This document shows, piece by piece, positions 13,722 to 21,374 of a stretch of 32,469 bases of DNA. The notes under the pieces were generated by a model, which had not been told where the DNA came from, did not search any database, and saw only the letters and a program-made list of their open reading frames with translations. Each line of letters opens with the position of its first letter. Positions within the stretch are counted from its first letter, which is position 1. The position numbers were made by a program, and so were the translations under genes. The stretch is from Minisyncoccota bacterium (GTDB taxonomy: Bacteria > Patescibacteriota > Minisyncoccia > Minisyncoccales > RBG-13-42-11), in NCBI GenBank assembly GCA_028687495.1, contig JAQUAA010000002.1:1-32469 (forward strand), written 5' to 3'.

Positions 13722-15697
13722 GGAATTTAACCGACCGGATTCTAATCTGCAGCGTCACCCCCTACTTTTTGGAAAAGGGAAATTTTTGGTTTGAAGAAAA
13801 TTTCGATAAAATCTTGGAGGCACGAAAAACCCAATCTTTTTTCGAAGACAATACCCTGTATTTGACTAAAAACCAGAGTAATAATTTGTATCAGATTTTG
13901 AGGAAATTGGACGAGATGGGCTATGAGAAAGTTCTTCAGGTGCAGGATCCGGGTGAATTTTCTCAAAGAGGAGGAATAATAGACGTTTTCCCGATCAATT
14001 TAAACTATGCCATCCGTCTTGAATTTTTAGGAAACGAAATTGATAACATTGAAAGATTATCAGTTGAAATTAAAGACGAGAAAACAGCCAAAGACCTTCT
14101 TAAAAAGAAATTAAGATCACAGAAGTTGTTCTCCGATTTGAAAAGATTGAAATCCGGAGATTATCTGGTGCATTTGGACCACGGCATAGGAATATACCAG
14201 AAACAAGAAACTCTGAACAATGAGCAATATTACCTGCTGGAATACGACTCAGGAGATAAATTATACGTGCCCTTAGGACTCGAAAGAAAATTATCAAGGT
14301 ATATCGGCTTCATTGAACCGAAAATCAACCGCTTGGGATCAATGATTTGGCAGAGAACGAAAAGGAAAGTTAAGGAAGAAGCCGAAAAATTAGCCAAAGA
14401 ACTTTTGGAAATTTACGCCGCCAGAACAGTTGCCTCCCGTCCTCCCTATCTGTCGGAGGATGATGAAGTGGAATTCCAAGTGACGAACGGCTTTAAATAC
14501 GAAGAAACGCCGGATCAGCTTCAAGCACTGGAAGATATTAAAAAAGATCTGGGAAAAGAAGAACCCATGGACAGAATAGTTTGCGGGGATGTCGGTTTCG
14601 GCAAGACCGAGGTGGCCTTAAGAGTGATGGTAAAAGCGGTTAAATCTAGTTACCAAGCGGCCATGATTTGTCCGACTACGATTTTGGCCAACCAGCATTT
14701 CCAAAATTTCAAAGAGAGAATTAAAAATTTACCACTTAAAATCGCTCTTCTTTCCCGATTGCAGACGAAAAAAGAACAAAAAGAAATAATTGAAAATCTA
14801 AAGAGGGGCAAAATTGATATTCTTATTGGAACTCACCGAGTTTTATCGAATGACGTTGTTTTTAAGAATTTGGGTCTCTTGGTTATTGACGACGAACAAA
14901 GATTCGGAGTAAAACAAAAAGAGAAACTGAAAAAAATAAGAAGTTCTCTCGATATTTTATCCCTTTCTGCCACCCCAATACCTAGAACCCTGTATCTGTC
15001 TCTCTCTTCCCTAAAATCAATTAGTTTAATCCAAACTCCGCCAGTAGGACGCTTGAAAGTCCAAACCCATATTCTGCCCTGGTCGGAAAAGGTGGTTAAA
15101 AAAGCCATTGAAGCTGAAATCAGACGAGGAGGCCAGATTTATTATCTGCACAATCGCGTAGAAACAATAATAACTATAAGAAATTTTCTGGAAAAACTTA
15201 TTCCCAATATCAAAATTGGGGTTGCCCATGGCAGATTGAAAGAAAAAGAATTGGTTAAAGTAATGAGCGATTTTCAAAATAAAAAAATTGACGTTTTGGT
15301 TGCCACAACGATTATTGAAAACGGCTTGGATCTGCCGAACGTCAACACCTTAATCGTGGCCGACTCAACAAGATTGGGCTTGTCTGAAGCGTATCAAATC
15401 AGGGGCAGAATCGGCAGATCCTATACTCAGGCTTTTGCTTTCTTTCTTTACGGCGGCCATCTTTCGGAAAAAGCAAAAATGAGACTAGCTGCTCTGAAAG
15501 AAGCCGAGGAATTGGGTTCTGGTTACAGAATTGCCTTGCGGGATCTGGAAATACGCGGCGCCGGCAATATTTTAGGAAAAGAACAATCGGGAAGCATTAA
15601 CCGAGTCGGATTGAATCTCTATTGCCAAATGCTTTCTGAAGCGGTAGAAAAATTAAAAACTGGTCGAAGAGAAGATTCTCTTTTTCACTTTCACTAA
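13709..15697 (+). CDS. mfd: Transcription-repair coupling factor, short form (662 aa: partial UvrB-homology remnant + RNAP-interaction domain + SF2 translocase; no D1a/D2/D3/D7)
   Basis: GEFSQRGGIIDVFP...RLEFLGNEIDNIERL is D1b-like. GDYLVHLDHGIGIYQ is CarD/TRCF RID. GDVGFGKTEVALR is Walker A, VIDDEQRFG is DEEQ-type, and SATPIPRTL and RGRIGRS are also present. The protein ends shortly after LKTGRRE. Confidence 0.85.
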   Translation: MELSRNLTDRILICSVTPYFLEKGNFWFEENFDKILEARKTQSFFEDNTLYLTKNQSNNLYQILRKLDEMGYEKVLQVQDPGEFSQRGGIIDVFPINLNYAIRLEFLGNEIDNIERLSVEIKDEKTAKDLLKKKLRSQKLFSDLKRLKSGDYLVHLDHGIGIYQKQETLNNEQYYLLEYDSGDKLYVPLGLERKLSRYIGFIEPKINRLGSMIWQRTKRKVKEEAEKLAKELLEIYAARTVASRPPYLSEDDEVEFQVTNGFKYEETPDQLQALEDIKKDLGKEEPMDRIVCGDVGFGKTEVALRVMVKAVKSSYQAAMICPTTILANQHFQNFKERIKNLPLKIALLSRLQTKKEQKEIIENLKRGKIDILIGTHRVLSNDVVFKNLGLLVIDDEQRFGVKQKEKLKKIRSSLDILSLSATPIPRTLYLSLSSLKSISLIQTPPVGRLKVQTHILPWSEKVVKKAIEAEIRRGGQIYYLHNRVETIITIRNFLEKLIPNIKIGVAHGRLKEKELVKVMSDFQNKKIDVLVATTIIENGLDLPNVNTLIVADSTRLGLSEAYQIRGRIGRSYTQAFAFFLYGGHLSEKAKMRLAALKEAEELGSGYRIALRDLEIRGAGNILGKEQSGSINRVGLNLYCQMLSEAVEKLKTGRREDSLFHFH

Positions 15698-15727
15698 CGT
15701 TCAGTAAGTGATAAACTTTAAAAACAT

Positions 15728-17800
15728 ATGCAATTGGTAATAGTTGAAAGTCCAACTAAATCAAAAACCATTTCTAAGTTCTTAGGACCTGAATACAAGG
15801 TTCTTTCTTCGTATGGGCACATCAGGGATTTACCGGCGAGCGAAATCGGCATAGATATCGAAAATGACTTCAAACCAAAATACATCGTCATCCCCAAGGC
15901 GAAAAAAAACGTGAATGAATTGAAAAAAGAAACTGAAAAAGCGGAATCAGTCATCCTGGCTACCGATGAAGATCGCGAAGGGGAAGCCATTGCCTACCAT
16001 CTGGCTTTTCTTCTGAACCTTAACGGGGAAAAGGAATATCGGAGAATCGTCTTCCATGAAATCACCGGATCAGCGATAAAAGACGCTCTGCAAAATCCCA
16101 GAAAAATTGACTTAAACTTGGTTGATTCCCAACAGGCAAGAAGAGTGCTTGATAGAATAGTCGGCTACAAATTATCCCCCTTCCTCTGGAAAAAAGTTGC
16201 TAGGGGTCTTTCCGCCGGCAGGGTTCAGTCAGTTGCCGTCAGATTGGTCGCTGAAAGAGAAAAAGAAATCCAAAATTTTGTTCCTCAGGAATACTGGACA
16301 ATTGAGGCATTATTTGAAAAACAAAAAGCAAAGAACAAAGAACAGAAATTTGGCGCTCTATTGATAAAGAAAGGTGAAAAGGTTTTAGATAAACTGGAGA
16401 TCAAAAAGGAAAAAGAGGCAGCTAAAATCGTCAAGGATTTGCAAGGCGCCGAATATAAGATAATTAACGTTGAACAAAAGGAATTAAAAAGAAATCCCCT
16501 GCCTCCTTTTACCACCAGCACTCTCCAGCAGACAGCCTGGCATAAATTTAGGTTTCCGGCGAGATTAACCATGAGCATTGCCCAAAATCTTTACGAACGG
16601 GGCTTCATTACCTATCACCGGACCGACTCTTTGAATCTTTCCGATTTATCCTTATTCGCCGCGAAAAAATTTATTGTCAAAAATTACGGTGAAAATTATT
16701 GGGCAGGCTATTTAAGAAGATATAAAGCCAAAGGGAAAGTCCAGGAAGCTCATGAAGCAATAAGGCCCAGTTATCCTGACAAAACGCCGGAGTCCTTAAA
16801 ATTAGAACAAAATCAATTTAAATTATACGACCTGATTTGGAGGAGATTCGTTGCTTGTCAGATGGCACAGGCTGTTTTTGACGCAAAGACAATAGATATT
16901 CAGGCTGGGAGCTATATTTTCCGAGCCAACGGACAACTTTTGAAATTCGACGGTTTCTTGAAAGTTTACCCGATAAAATACGAGGAAACCGAGTTGCCTT
17001 CATTGGAAATAAATGAAATTTTGGAATTGATTAAGTTAATCCCGTTCCAGCATTTTACTCAGCCACCGGCAAGGTACACGGAAGCCACTTTAATCAAGGC
17101 GCTTGAAGAAAACGGCATAGGCCGTCCTTCAACCTATGCGCCGATTTTATATACTGTTCAAGAAAGAAACTATATAGAGAAAGATGAAAACAGAAGATTC
17201 AGGCCGACGCAAATCGGAACCGTGGTGAACGACCTTTTGGTAAAGCATTTCCCGGAGGTTGTCGACATTAAATTCACGGCTGAAATGGAAGAAGATTTGG
17301 ACAAGATCGCCCAGGGTTCCAGAAAATGGGTGCCCGTAATCAGGGAATTTTATAAGCCTTTTGAAATGAATCTTAAAAATAAATACAAGGAAATTTCCAA
17401 AAAAGACATTACCGAAAAACCGACCAAAAAAATCTGTCCCAAATGCGGCGCTCCTTTATTGATCCGTCTCGGAAAATACGGCGAATTTTACGCCTGTTCC
17501 AGCTTCCCGAAATGCCGATATACCGAATCCCTGGAAAAGAACGCTTTGGGAGTAAAATGTCCGAAATGTAAAAAAGGAGAAGTCGTGGAAAAAAGAACTA
17601 AAAGAAGAAAAATATTTTATGGCTGCAATACTTATCCCAAATGCGATTTCGCTTTGTGGGACAAACCCACGGGTGAAACTTGTCCGAAATGCAAATCGCT
17701 CCTAATAAAGACTAAAAGAGGACAGATTAAATGTTCGAACAAAGAATGCGATTTTGTGTTGAAAAAGGAAAAAAATTCTGATAACATAAACCAGAAATAA
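15728..17800 (+). CDS. topA: DNA topoisomerase I (type IA) with three C-terminal zinc ribbons
   Basis: The Toprim domain is seen (VIVESPTKSKTISKFLG, ATDEDREGEAIA). The catalytic region is ITYHRTDS. Ribbon motifs are CPKCGAPL...C..FPKC, CPKCKKGE...C..YPKC and CPKCKS...C.NKEC. Confidence 0.95.
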   Translation: MQLVIVESPTKSKTISKFLGPEYKVLSSYGHIRDLPASEIGIDIENDFKPKYIVIPKAKKNVNELKKETEKAESVILATDEDREGEAIAYHLAFLLNLNGEKEYRRIVFHEITGSAIKDALQNPRKIDLNLVDSQQARRVLDRIVGYKLSPFLWKKVARGLSAGRVQSVAVRLVAEREKEIQNFVPQEYWTIEALFEKQKAKNKEQKFGALLIKKGEKVLDKLEIKKEKEAAKIVKDLQGAEYKIINVEQKELKRNPLPPFTTSTLQQTAWHKFRFPARLTMSIAQNLYERGFITYHRTDSLNLSDLSLFAAKKFIVKNYGENYWAGYLRRYKAKGKVQEAHEAIRPSYPDKTPESLKLEQNQFKLYDLIWRRFVACQMAQAVFDAKTIDIQAGSYIFRANGQLLKFDGFLKVYPIKYEETELPSLEINEILELIKLIPFQHFTQPPARYTEATLIKALEENGIGRPSTYAPILYTVQERNYIEKDENRRFRPTQIGTVVNDLLVKHFPEVVDIKFTAEMEEDLDKIAQGSRKWVPVIREFYKPFEMNLKNKYKEISKKDITEKPTKKICPKCGAPLLIRLGKYGEFYACSSFPKCRYTESLEKNALGVKCPKCKKGEVVEKRTKRRKIFYGCNTYPKCDFALWDKPTGETCPKCKSLLIKTKRGQIKCSNKECDFVLKKEKNSDNINQK

Positions 17801-17883
17801 GGGCGAGTGGTGGAATGGCAGACACGTAGCACTCAAAATGCTATGAGAGTAATCTCATGAGAGTTCGACTCTCTCCTCGCCCA
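17801..17883 (+). tRNA. tRNA-Leu (anticodon CAA), class II with long variable arm
   Basis: Hand fold: GGGCGAG TG GTGG AATGGCAGA CAC G TAGCA CTCAAAA TGCTA, then the variable arm TGAGA-GTAA-TCTCA, then GAGAG TTCGACT CTCTC CTCGCCC A. No CCA is encoded. It starts on the nucleotide after the topA stop codon. Confidence 0.9.
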
Positions 17884-17892
17884 CTCCAACTT

Positions 17893-18147
17893 ATGAATCC
17901 GTTGAACAATCTTAAAGAAACAAAAAAAGCCGTGAAAGAAAAAATGCTTACCTTGATTTTGGCTGGATTCGGATTAGTAGCTGCTTTGGCCTGGAACGAC
18001 GCTATCCAAACCTTGTTCAGAGTTCTCTTCCCAAAAAGCGATGGAATAATTGGAAAGTTTGTTTATGCGTTATTGGTAACTTTTATCGTTGTTTTTATTA
18101 CTCTGCAGTTGAGAAAAATTTCTGGAGAAGACAACCAAAAAAATTAA
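17893..18147 (+). CDS. Small two-TM membrane protein (hypothetical, 84 aa)
   Basis: The track ORF starts at 17857, inside the tRNA. The first ATG beyond the tRNA is 17893 (MNPLNNLKETKK...). Two hydrophobic helices are present: LTLILAGFGLVAALAW and FVYALLVTFIVVFITL. Confidence 0.7.
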   Translation: MNPLNNLKETKKAVKEKMLTLILAGFGLVAALAWNDAIQTLFRVLFPKSDGIIGKFVYALLVTFIVVFITLQLRKISGEDNQKN

Positions 18148-18737
18148 CCTCTTAAGATTTTAGGTTTTTCTCCGGTAAAATCGATAACCCTAGAGAGTTT
18201 TAATGGTTTTAAGTTTCCCGCGTCAATAACCAGATCGGGCTGATTTTTTTTGTTTTGGAACTGATTCAAAACGTCCTTGATTTTATTTGAAGCAAGTTCC
18301 CCTGAAATATTAGCTGAGGTTTGAGTAAGAGGACGACTGAAATTATCCAATAAATCGTTCAATAATTTATAATCTGGAACCCTTAAACCGATTTTCCCAA
18401 ACTCACAAACAATACCTTTGGGAAATTTCTTTTTTGCTTTGAAAACCGCTATTAATTTACCCGGCCAATTTTTCTTTAAAATTTTTTCTTGTTTTCCGTT
18501 AATTATGGCCAATTTTTTTGCCGTTTTTAAGTTTTTAACAAAGATTGAAAGCGGTTTTTGAAAACTTCTTTTTTTAATTTTAAAAATTCTTCTTATGGCA
18601 GAATCGTTTTTTGCATCGCAAATTAATCCGTAAACCGTATCCGTCGGACAAACTAAAACTTTTCCTTTTTTTAGAGAAATTATCGCTATTTTTATCACTT
18701 CTCTTAAATTTTTCTGATTTGTTTTAATAATTCTCAT
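18144..18737 (-). CDS. tsaC: L-threonylcarbamoyladenylate synthase, YrdC/TsaC type (t6A pathway)
   Basis: VLVCPTDTVYGLICDA and TQTSANISGE are YrdC-domain motifs. At 197 aa it has no Sua5 C-terminal domain. Confidence 0.85.
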   Translation of the reverse strand: MRIIKTNQKNLREVIKIAIISLKKGKVLVCPTDTVYGLICDAKNDSAIRRIFKIKKRSFQKPLSIFVKNLKTAKKLAIINGKQEKILKKNWPGKLIAVFKAKKKFPKGIVCEFGKIGLRVPDYKLLNDLLDNFSRPLTQTSANISGELASNKIKDVLNQFQNKKNQPDLVIDAGNLKPLKLSRVIDFTGEKPKILRG

Positions 18738-18770
18738 TTTTTAAGTATATCATAATAAAAATTCATTGAT

Positions 18771-18809
18771 AAAAAAGTGGAGCCCTGCGCTATAAAGCAT
18801 GCAGGGCTC
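18771..18809 (-). terminator. Rho-independent terminator at the 3' end of the orphan RNA locus (just upstream of tsaC)
   Basis: Minus-strand GAGCCCUGC (18801-18809) pairs perfectly with GCAGGGCUC (18780-18788), 9 bp with a 12-nt loop. CAC-UUUUUU follows (18771-18779). Confidence 0.65.
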
Positions 18810-19023
18810 ACGAGGCGATGTAGATAACAATCCACATTGAGAGTAAGCTTAAACAGCTCCTCCCCTTGATGTTTCGTATTCAGTTGTAGTAACTCAAGGA
18901 AACTTAAGGGGAAAACGGATGATTACCGTACCTCCTTCCTATGAATTTTGTCACCTGAATAGTTCAAGCAAATAACATCACCTCCTTTCAATGGAAAACG
19001 GGTAAAAAGAGCGGAAGCAGGAC
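18810..19023 (-). ncRNA. Candidate ~210-nt non-coding RNA (or attenuator leader of tsaC), class unknown
   Basis: The region is bracketed by two minus-strand terminators. Hairpin AUGUGGAU-UGUU-AUCUACAU (18818-18837) has a G.U that would be A.C on the plus strand. A long-range helix pairs UAUUCAG (18955-18961) with CUGAAUA (18877-18883) and CUUGA (18964-18968) with UCAAG (18865-18869). Three GGAGG motifs are present. No ORF with an acceptable start follows any of them. Confidence 0.35.
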
Positions 19024-19053
19024 GAAAAAATCCTACTGTGATTATAGTAGGAT
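19024..19053 (-). terminator. Rho-independent terminator of the nucleotidyltransferase gene
   Basis: Minus-strand AUCCUACU (19046-19053) pairs perfectly with AGUAGGAU (19030-19037), 8 bp with an 8-nt loop. It runs directly into UUUUUU: the last stem U at 19030 plus 19025-19029. Confidence 0.65.
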
Positions 19054-19086
19054 ATAAAAATAAAAATTTACTGTCAAGTGGATAAC

Positions 19087-20346
19087 TTAACTCTTTTTCT
19101 CAAATTTGAATTGAGTAAATAATTGCGTATTGTCTTCGATATTTTCAAAAACTAAAGTACCCGGGCCGATCGTACAACCCGACCCGATTAAAACTCCCGG
19201 CATGCTTCCAGAATGAATTCCGAAACGAGAATTGTCGCCAACCACCATTCCTAAATATGTCAACCCGGTATCTATTTTTTTACCCTTGACGAGTGATTTT
19301 ATATTCTGCCTATCGATTCTTCTGTTGGCGGTAATAAAACCTGCGCCAAAACGGCAATTTTTTCCAATCACCGAATCGCCGAAATACCCGGAGTGAAAAT
19401 GCGTTCCCTCCTGGACCAAACAATCTTTAATTTCAGTAAATGAACCGGTCAGAACGTCTTTTTCCAGATTGACCGGTCCCCTGAAAACATTGCTGGCTCC
19501 GATTTTGCAATTATCTCCGATGAAACAAGGACCGTTGATCACCGTATTGTCGCCGATTGTCACGTTATCACCGATGAAAACGTTACCCTTGATGACAACG
19601 TTCTTGCCCATTTGGGCACTGGGAGAAATATAATTTTCAAAATCTTTTGATTTAATTCTCAAAATTTCCAGGAGTTCCCAGGAATATTTCAAGGAAGGTA
19701 TATCTTTTTCCAGAATAATTACTCCAGTCGATTTTTCTTTGATATAAAGATTAAGCGCATCGACAAAGTCCTCCGGATGGTGTTTTTTAATTTTCTGATA
19801 ATAGTCGAAGAAATCCGGCTGCAAGAAATAAGCGCCGAGAACTTTTATGTTCGAAGGTTCCTTTCCCTGCTCGGGATTTTCAACTATTTCAACCGCTCTG
19901 TTGTTTTCCATTCTCAGAATGCCGTATTCCCACGGCGTATGGGTTTGGACGCCAGTCAAAACGGCTTCGGCTCCGGTCTTATTAACCAAGTTTAAAATAC
20001 TGTCAACGATTTCGCCGGCAACGAATTTGTAGGGCCAGAAAACAAAAAATGGTTCTTTGATGTATTGTCTGGCTTGGAAGATGGCGTTGCCCGTTCCCTG
20101 AGGGCTTTCTTGGACAACGAAAGAAAGTTTAACGCCCAGGTCCCCAACCATGGAAAGTAGTTCATCCTTCAGAAGAGAGTTCGGGCTTATAACCAAAACT
20201 ATATCCTTTATCCCTTTTTCGGATATGCTTTTTATCGTCCAATAAACCAAAGAACGCCCTGAAATTTTAATCTGGGATTTATGCTGTTTATTGTTCAGCG
20301 GCCAAAAACGCGATGACTCGCCGGCAGCTATTATTATTGCTTGCAT
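19087..20346 (-). CDS. Bifunctional-type sugar-1-phosphate nucleotidyltransferase with C-terminal left-handed beta-helix acyltransferase domain (GlmU-like, archaeal-type architecture)
   Basis: The N-terminus IIIAAGESSRFWPL is a GxGxR NTP-transferase motif. The C-terminus carries hexapeptide repeats (IKGNVFIGDNVTIGDNTVINGPCFIGDNCKIG...). Substrate is not determinable by eye. Confidence 0.75.
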   Translation of the reverse strand: MQAIIIAAGESSRFWPLNNKQHKSQIKISGRSLVYWTIKSISEKGIKDIVLVISPNSLLKDELLSMVGDLGVKLSFVVQESPQGTGNAIFQARQYIKEPFFVFWPYKFVAGEIVDSILNLVNKTGAEAVLTGVQTHTPWEYGILRMENNRAVEIVENPEQGKEPSNIKVLGAYFLQPDFFDYYQKIKKHHPEDFVDALNLYIKEKSTGVIILEKDIPSLKYSWELLEILRIKSKDFENYISPSAQMGKNVVIKGNVFIGDNVTIGDNTVINGPCFIGDNCKIGASNVFRGPVNLEKDVLTGSFTEIKDCLVQEGTHFHSGYFGDSVIGKNCRFGAGFITANRRIDRQNIKSLVKGKKIDTGLTYLGMVVGDNSRFGIHSGSMPGVLIGSGCTIGPGTLVFENIEDNTQLFTQFKFEKKS

Positions 20347-20350
20347 AAGT

Positions 20351-21328
20351 TTAAATATTGATAATTCTCCTTAAAACCGGGATAAGTTTTTCTTTATCAA
20401 ATTTTATCTCTCCCGTACTTAAAAGCAAATCTTCCCCGATGAATTTTTCATCCAAATTTTCGTCAATTTTCGGCGGCTCAAGTACGAATTCATCTTTCAT
20501 TTCTACCATGTATTTATCTACTCTCTCTTTGGACGGAATATTATTATTGTAGATCACTAAATCCAAGGAAATGCCGTATTCCTCCATTTTTTCGGCAAAA
20601 TCTTTCAGGGAATAATTTTGGGTTTCTCCTAATTTTGTCATCGCGGGACAAATAAAAATTTTCTTTGCTTTAGATTTACTTATTGCCTCTTTCATTCCTT
20701 CTGCCAAAAAACACGGGATCAAACTTGAATAAAGATCACCCGGACCAATTATGATGAAATCAGCGGTTTCAATTTCTTCTACTGCTTTTTGATACGCCTT
20801 ACCCGAAGGATTTAAATAAACTCTTTTTATTTTCAAATTGCGGTTATGTTTTTGGCCGAGATCGATTTCGTCTTCTCCCTCAGCCAAACTGCCGTCCTCC
20901 AATTCAGCTATAACCTGCACCTGGTTTAAAGTAGCTGGCAAAGCCTTACCTTTTACTTTCAGGAATTGGCTGGTAATCTCTAATGCTTTTTCGAAATCAC
21001 CCAAAAGATATTCCAGTCCGCCGATAAAAACATTGGCAAAATTATGACCGAAATGCCGTGGAGAAATTTCCAGATCTTTGGCAAATCTAAAATTCCAGAG
21101 TTTTTTCTTCCATTCTTCGGCCTCGGATAGCGCCAAAAGGTGTCTTCTGATATCTCCTGGCGGTAAAATATTGAATTCTTTTCTCAGGGCTCCGGTTGAA
21201 CCGCCGTTGTCAACCATCGAGGTAATGGCAACCAAATCCAATTCAAAACCTTTCAACGGTTCTAAGATCAACTTTGCTATGCCGCTACCTCCCCCAAAAC
21301 AAACGATCTTTTCTTTGTCTTTTGACAT
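20351..21328 (-). CDS. yvcK: YvcK/GlmR (UPF0052, CofD-like) family protein
   Basis: Motifs seen: VCFGGGSGIAKL, VDNGGSTGALR, IIGPGDLYSSLIP. Confidence 0.85.
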   Translation of the reverse strand: MSKDKEKIVCFGGGSGIAKLILEPLKGFELDLVAITSMVDNGGSTGALRKEFNILPPGDIRRHLLALSEAEEWKKKLWNFRFAKDLEISPRHFGHNFANVFIGGLEYLLGDFEKALEITSQFLKVKGKALPATLNQVQVIAELEDGSLAEGEDEIDLGQKHNRNLKIKRVYLNPSGKAYQKAVEEIETADFIIIGPGDLYSSLIPCFLAEGMKEAISKSKAKKIFICPAMTKLGETQNYSLKDFAEKMEEYGISLDLVIYNNNIPSKERVDKYMVEMKDEFVLEPPKIDENLDEKFIGEDLLLSTGEIKFDKEKLIPVLRRIINI

Positions 21329-21340
21329 AAATCAATTTTT

Positions 21341-21369
21341 ATATTAGATTAAAATTGAATCCGAGTCAA
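21341..21369 (-). promoter_or_regulatory. Candidate promoter TTGACT-17-TAATAT for yvcK operon
   Basis: On the minus strand, TTGACT is at 21364-21369 and TAATAT at 21341-21346. The predicted +1 is about 6 nt upstream of the ATG at 21328. No SD is present. Confidence 0.45.
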
Positions 21370-21374
21370 AATTT

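Noticed and set aside
17857-17892. The track start (MRVRLSPRPLQL...) for the small membrane protein.
   Set aside because: These codons lie inside tRNA-Leu (17801-17883). The next ATG, at 17893, is the plausible start.
18928-18939. GGAGGUACGG resembles the T-box core GGUGGUACCGCG, and a terminator lies downstream before tsaC.
   Set aside because: The match is only about 8/12. It lies more than 120 nt from the terminator, so it cannot form the antiterminator bulge. I saw no specifier-loop or Stem I features.
18919-18975. A plus-strand 18-aa ORF (MITVPPSYEFCHLNSSSK) with an AAGGGG SD-like tract 7 nt upstream.
   Set aside because: There is no plus-strand promoter or terminator. Helix wobble polarity and both terminators favour minus-strand transcription. 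The ORF is very short.
19013-19020. The plus-strand GGAAGCAG resembles the conserved SRP RNA helix-8 sequence.
   Set aside because: There is no complementary strand, GNRA-capped helix or symmetric loop around it. It is an isolated 8-mer.
18818-19087. DnaA-box-like 9-mers: TTATCTACA and TGTGGATTG in the hairpin at 18818-18837, and TTATCCACT (minus strand) at 19078-19086, which raises the possibility of an oriC.
   Set aside because: Only three imperfect boxes are present. There is no dnaA/dnaN neighbour, no clear AT-rich unwinding repeat set, and no gene-orientation switch centred here.
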